A program made the position numbers and the translations under genes. Shown one piece after another: positions 59,931 through 64,000 of a DNA stretch of 64,000 nt; positions within the stretch are counted from its first letter, which is position 1; the number at the start of each line of letters is the position of its first letter. Below the pieces are notes generated by a model. It was not told where the DNA came from. It was given only the letters and a program-made list of their open reading frames with translations, and did no database searches. The stretch comes from Candidatus Micrarchaeia archaeon (lineage in GTDB: Archaea > Micrarchaeota > Micrarchaeia > Anstonellales > Anstonellaceae), in contig JBAYHU010000002.1 of the NCBI GenBank assembly GCA_041665945.1, forward strand, positions 43,350-107,349, written 5' to 3'.

Positions 59931-60593
59931 ATGGACTACAAAAAATTGTTTTGGGGATTCACGGCGGTTGTTTTCATCGGCTTTTTCGCCTTTCTCGCCA
60001 TGGGCATAGCCGCAAAGCCGGCGAATGCCGCGCCTGCAGGCGAAACCGGCGCAGGTGCCTATTACGCGCCTTTCGGGCAAGCGGCACAGGCGGCTGGCGC
60101 AACACCGGCAGGAGGGCAGCTCGCGGCAGTGAACAACGGCGCGCAGGAAGTGCAGCTCACAGTGCAGGGCGGGAATTACATGCCCAACCCGATAAGGGTG
60201 AAAGTCGGCGTGCCGGTCAGGATTACGGTTGACACCAACTCCGTGGTCGGATGCGCAAGCGGAATAGTCATGCCGGAATTCGGCGTGAGGAAAAACGTGC
60301 GCGCGGGCGACAACGTGATTGAATTCACACCTGAGAAGTCCGGCACTTTCCAGTTCTCATGCTCGATGGGAATGTACAGGGGGACAATCGTTGTTGAGGA
60401 GACAGACGGCACCGTAGCAGCTTACGCTGGCGCGGCTGCCCCTGCCGCAACAGGAGGCTGCGGCGGAAGCGGGGGCTGCGGATGCGGCGGCGGGGCAGGG
60501 GGCTGCGGAGGCGCGGCAGCAGGAGGGTGCGGGGTTGTTGCGGCGCCACAGCAGACGGCAACCGGCGGATGCGGATGCGGCGGAAGGGTTTGA
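59931..60593 (+). CDS. Membrane-anchored cupredoxin-fold (CupA-like) protein with Gly/Cys tail
   Basis: Y.PNPIRVK.GVPV, GCA, IEFTP...G.F.FSCSMGMY.G; GGCGGSGGCGCGG tail. Confidence 0.88.
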   Translation: MDYKKLFWGFTAVVFIGFFAFLAMGIAAKPANAAPAGETGAGAYYAPFGQAAQAAGATPAGGQLAAVNNGAQEVQLTVQGGNYMPNPIRVKVGVPVRITVDTNSVVGCASGIVMPEFGVRKNVRAGDNVIEFTPEKSGTFQFSCSMGMYRGTIVVEETDGTVAAYAGAAAPAATGGCGGSGGCGCGGGAGGCGGAAAGGCGVVAAPQQTATGGCGCGGRV

Positions 60594-60607
60594 GGGGGCA
60601 ATTGTTC

Positions 60608-62767
60608 ATGAAAAAAGAGGACTTTACCATCAACGGAATGCACTGCGCATCCTGCGCAACGCTCGTAAACCGCGGGCTGTCGAAGCTGCCGGGCGTGAAG
60701 GCCGCCAACGTGAATTACGCGGCGGCGCGCGCGCAGGTAGAGTATGATGAAGCGAGCGTGAGCCAGCAGCAGATACTCGAAAAGGTGAAGTCCCTTGGCT
60801 ATTCCGCGCAAGCCGGATTTGATTCCGAACGGGAGAAAAACGAGAGGCTGAAGGAAATATCCGAGCTGAAAACAAAGCTTGCGATTGGAGCCGCGCTTTC
60901 AATCCCCGCAATCGCGCTTGGCATGTTCCTCATGGATTTCCCATACAGGCTGTGGCTGCTTTTCATGCTCGCAACGCCGGTGCAGTTTGTTGTCGGATGG
61001 AACTTTTTTCAGGGCGCATTTGCAGCAGCAAGGAACAGGAGCGCATCCATGGACACGCTGATTGCAGTAGGCACGGGCGCGGCGTATGTTTTCTCGCTTG
61101 CCGCGCTGTTCGGTTTCGTGCCTGAGCAGTATTTCGAAGTCTCGGCATCGCTGATTACGCTTGTGATTCTTGGAAAATATCTTGAGGCGGTTGCAAAGGG
61201 AAGGACAAGCGAGGCGATAAGGAAACTGATGGATTTGTCCCCCAAAATGGCGCACGTCATCCGCAAGGGAAAGGAGCTTGAGGTTCCGAGTGGCGAAGTT
61301 GTTATTGGAGATTTGGTTGTCGTAAAGCCGGGCGAGAGGATTCCGGTTGACGGAACTGTCGTGAGCGGGGACTCGTCGGTTGATGAGTCGCTCGTGACCG
61401 GCGAGTCAATCCCTGTCGAGAAAGCGAAGGGAAGCAAGGTAATCGCAGGCACGATAAACAAGCACGGAACGCTTACGTTCAAGGCGATGAAAGTCGGCTC
61501 GGAGACGACGCTTGCGAGGATTGTAAAGCTTGTCGAGGAGGCGCAGGGAAGCCGCGCCCCGATACAGAGATTCGCGGACACTATCAGCGCGTATTTCGTG
61601 CCGGTTGTGATTGTGATTGCGATTGGGACTTTTGCTTTCTGGTATTTTGTCGCGGCACAGCAGTTTTCGCTTGCGCTGATTTTCGCCGTGTCGGTTCTCG
61701 TGATTGCCTGCCCCTGCGCGCTCGGGCTTGCGACGCCAACGGCGATAATGGTGGGCACGGGAATCGGCGCGCAGAAGGGAATACTCATCAAGAACGCCGA
61801 GGCGCTCGAGGCAATGCACAAGGTGAACGCGGTTATTTTCGACAAGACCGGCACGATTACCGAGGGCAAGCCGAAAGTCATGGACATCGTGCCGGTTGCG
61901 AACATTTCCGAAAAGACGCTCCTGTTCCTCGCAGCCTCGCTTGAGAAGCCGTCCGAGCACCCGCTCGCGGAGGCGATTGTGAACGAGGCCAAGGCAAAGG
62001 GGATTGCGCTTTCCAAAGTGCAATCGTTCAGGAATGTGCCGGGCAAGGGAGTGGGCGGGAAAATTGGAAAGGTCGCGTATCAGGTGGGAAGCTTCAGGCT
62101 GTTTGGAGAGCTGACCGGCAAGGTGTTGGAAGAATCTGAGAAGCTCGAGGAGCAGGGCAAGACCGCCATGTTTGTCGGCAAGGGGAAGCAAATAATCGGG
62201 ATTGTCGCGGTTGCCGACGAGGTAAAGGAAACCTCGCAGCAGGCAGTTGCCGCGCTTGCCGCGCAGGGAATCGAAAGCTGGATGATTACCGGCGACAACG
62301 AGCGGACCGCGAAGGCGATTGCGCAGAAGGCAGGGATAACCAACTTCTTCGCGCGCGTGCTGCCCGAGCAGAAGGCGGAATATGTGAAGAGGCTCCAGTC
62401 GGAAGGCAAGGTCGTAGCAATGGTGGGGGACGGCGTGAATGATGCTCCCGCGCTTGCCGCAGCGAACATCGGAATAGCAATGGGCTCTGGAACTGATGTC
62501 GCGATGGAATCGGGAAGCGTGGTGCTGATGCGTTCTGACCCCATGGACGTTTCCCGCTGCATAAAACTGGGCAGGGCGACCATGGGCAAGATAAAACAGA
62601 ACATGTTCTGGGCGCTTGTCTACAACGTAATCGGAATCCCGATTGCCGCGGGCGTGTTCTACTCGTCCGGGCTGGTTCTCTCGCCGATTTTTGCAGGCGG
62701 GGCGATGGCGCTCTCAAGCGTGTCCGTAGTGACGAACGCGCTGACTTTGAAGTGGATAAAGCTTTAG
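60608..62767 (+). CDS. copA: Cu(I)-translocating P1B-type ATPase
   Basis: GMHCASC, TGES, CPC, DKTGT, SEHP, YN...P, MALSS. Confidence 0.95.
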   Translation: MKKEDFTINGMHCASCATLVNRGLSKLPGVKAANVNYAAARAQVEYDEASVSQQQILEKVKSLGYSAQAGFDSEREKNERLKEISELKTKLAIGAALSIPAIALGMFLMDFPYRLWLLFMLATPVQFVVGWNFFQGAFAAARNRSASMDTLIAVGTGAAYVFSLAALFGFVPEQYFEVSASLITLVILGKYLEAVAKGRTSEAIRKLMDLSPKMAHVIRKGKELEVPSGEVVIGDLVVVKPGERIPVDGTVVSGDSSVDESLVTGESIPVEKAKGSKVIAGTINKHGTLTFKAMKVGSETTLARIVKLVEEAQGSRAPIQRFADTISAYFVPVVIVIAIGTFAFWYFVAAQQFSLALIFAVSVLVIACPCALGLATPTAIMVGTGIGAQKGILIKNAEALEAMHKVNAVIFDKTGTITEGKPKVMDIVPVANISEKTLLFLAASLEKPSEHPLAEAIVNEAKAKGIALSKVQSFRNVPGKGVGGKIGKVAYQVGSFRLFGELTGKVLEESEKLEEQGKTAMFVGKGKQIIGIVAVADEVKETSQQAVAALAAQGIESWMITGDNERTAKAIAQKAGITNFFARVLPEQKAEYVKRLQSEGKVVAMVGDGVNDAPALAAANIGIAMGSGTDVAMESGSVVLMRSDPMDVSRCIKLGRATMGKIKQNMFWALVYNVIGIPIAAGVFYSSGLVLSPIFAGGAMALSSVSVVTNALTLKWIKL

Positions 62768-62774
62768 GAAAGGT

Positions 62775-63560
62775 GTGAAAATGAAATTCATAAACGAAAA
62801 CAAGACTGCAATCGCTTTTGCCGCGGCGCTGATGATTCTGGTGTCCGCCGCGTACTTTTACTTCGGCGCGCCTGGCGCGGCGGGCATGGGCGGCACGGGC
62901 AGCTCGGCGATTTACGACGGCATGCGCTACAAGGTCGCGTATGCGCCGGACGGGGCGATGAAGCTCTTCGCGCTTGCGAAAAACAACCAGCTTGCCCGGT
63001 TTATGGCAGAGGAGGGCAACAATCTGCCCGAGGAAAATTCGCTTGTCATCGGGGCTTCCGAGGCGAAGATGATGATTGGCGAGAAGCTTATTTCCGGTGC
63101 GGGAAGCCGCCTGAAGGGGTTTTTCGGGATAAACACGTCCGTTGAGGGAATCCTGAAAAAGACGGGGCAGCCGGTTGACATGCTGCATTTCCTCTCGGCA
63201 ACGCAGTTTGCGAAAATAGGGGGCAGGGAAGGCGTGGTTTACTCGCGGCTGACTGACAAGAAGGAGCCGAAGATGTTCTTTGTTTACGATTTGGATGACA
63301 AGCCGCCGTTCCAGCTACAATTCACGGAAGGGGGAATCGGCGGCTTTGCTTCATACGCGGACGATGATGGCGGGAAAGTCTGCCCAATCATCATAGGGGC
63401 TGATGAGGCGGCGATGATGCGCTCGGAAAAGATGTTTTCGAAAGCCGGCGACAGGCTGGAAGGGTTCTTCGGGAACAACGTGGAAATCGCGGGCGTGCTT
63501 TCGAAAACGAACACGAGCGTGGACATGTTCCATTTCGTAAGCCCGGACTGCGAATATTGA
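62775..63560 (+). CDS. Anchored/secreted protein with a duplicated domain
   Basis: N-terminal TM; two copies of IGA.EA.MM..EK..S.AG.RL.GFFG.N....G.L.KT...VDM.HF. Confidence 0.75.
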   Translation: MKMKFINENKTAIAFAAALMILVSAAYFYFGAPGAAGMGGTGSSAIYDGMRYKVAYAPDGAMKLFALAKNNQLARFMAEEGNNLPEENSLVIGASEAKMMIGEKLISGAGSRLKGFFGINTSVEGILKKTGQPVDMLHFLSATQFAKIGGREGVVYSRLTDKKEPKMFFVYDLDDKPPFQLQFTEGGIGGFASYADDDGGKVCPIIIGADEAAMMRSEKMFSKAGDRLEGFFGNNVEIAGVLSKTNTSVDMFHFVSPDCEY

Positions 63561-63584
63561 ATGCGCGGAAGAGGGGATGATGGC

Positions 63585-63692
63585 ATGGTTGATGAAAGGC
63601 ATGCGGTCGCGGCAATAGTTCTCGCGTCCGTGATTCTGGGGGTCGCGCTGTTTTACCTGGGCGGAAGCGCGGCGCCAAGCTGCGCGCCCTGA
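63585..63692 (+). CDS. Putative 35-aa single-TM microprotein
   Basis: Manual read MVDERHAVAAIVLASVILGVALFYLGGSAAPSCAP*; purine-rich SD; fills the operon gap. Confidence 0.45.
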   Translation: MVDERHAVAAIVLASVILGVALFYLGGSAAPSCAP

Positions 63693-63719
63693 ACTGATAG
63701 GAATTGGCAGGTGAAAAAT

Positions 63720-64000
63720 ATGGTGGATATGAAATACGCTTTCGCAGCAGTCGCGGTTTTTGTCGTGGCATTTGTCGGTGTGATGCTTTTTGCCGGAAAA
63801 GGGAGCGGGCAGAACATCGCCGACATGCCCATTGACGAGTCCATTCCAATAAATGCGGGCGAGCAGGTGCAGGCAGGGGCGCAGGTGCAGGAAGTGGCGG
63901 TCAGGGCGCTTGCAAGCGGGGGATACGACAACCCGACCGTGAATGTCAAGGCTGGCTTGCCCGTGAAGTTCGATTTTTCAGCCGACCCGCGCTCGGGCTG
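63720..64000 (+). CDS. Second anchored cupredoxin-fold protein, partial
   Basis: Manual read: TM, then VQEVAVRA..GGY..PTVNVKAGLPVKFDF...SG, similar to the 59931 protein; runs off right edge. Confidence 0.75.
   Translation, partial: MVDMKYAFAAVAVFVVAFVGVMLFAGKGSGQNIADMPIDESIPINAGEQVQAGAQVQEVAVRALASGGYDNPTVNVKAGLPVKFDFSADPRSG

Overview
Archaeal chromosome segment, most likely a DPANN lineage such as Micrarchaeota. That assignment is inferred from archaeal r-proteins, split RpoB and RpoA, and protein families I recall as expanded in that group. 0.5-13 kb is the large r-protein operon (uL3 to uL15, with aIF1/SUI1 and Rpp29, minus strand), preceded by a structured leader. 13-21 kb holds accessory genes, EF-2 and a Cys-repeat class III pilin-like gene that splits the str operon. 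21-31 kb is uS7, uS12, NusA, eL30 and rpoH-B''-B'-A'-(small ORF)-A''. 31-38 kb has an AT-rich orphan, then a membrane protein/MoxR/VWA/beta-helix/divergent nitrilase-fold cluster converging on a JAMM gene, followed by a box C/D sRNA and a tandem hairpin element. 38-52 kb is mixed housekeeping: P-type ATPase, a pore-less voltage-sensor-like protein, Trx-DsbD, signal peptidase, rpoL, csl4, DUF373, hicBA, lonB. 52-57 kb is a wHTH-grpE-(two extra genes)-dnaK operon with an inverted repeat around its TATA box. A bacterial MltB-like lytic transglycosylase follows dnaK. The window ends with a copper locus divergent from a membrane-anchored HTH gene. No tRNA, rRNA, CRISPR array or transposase was seen. 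All family calls are by-eye motif recognition, not database searches.
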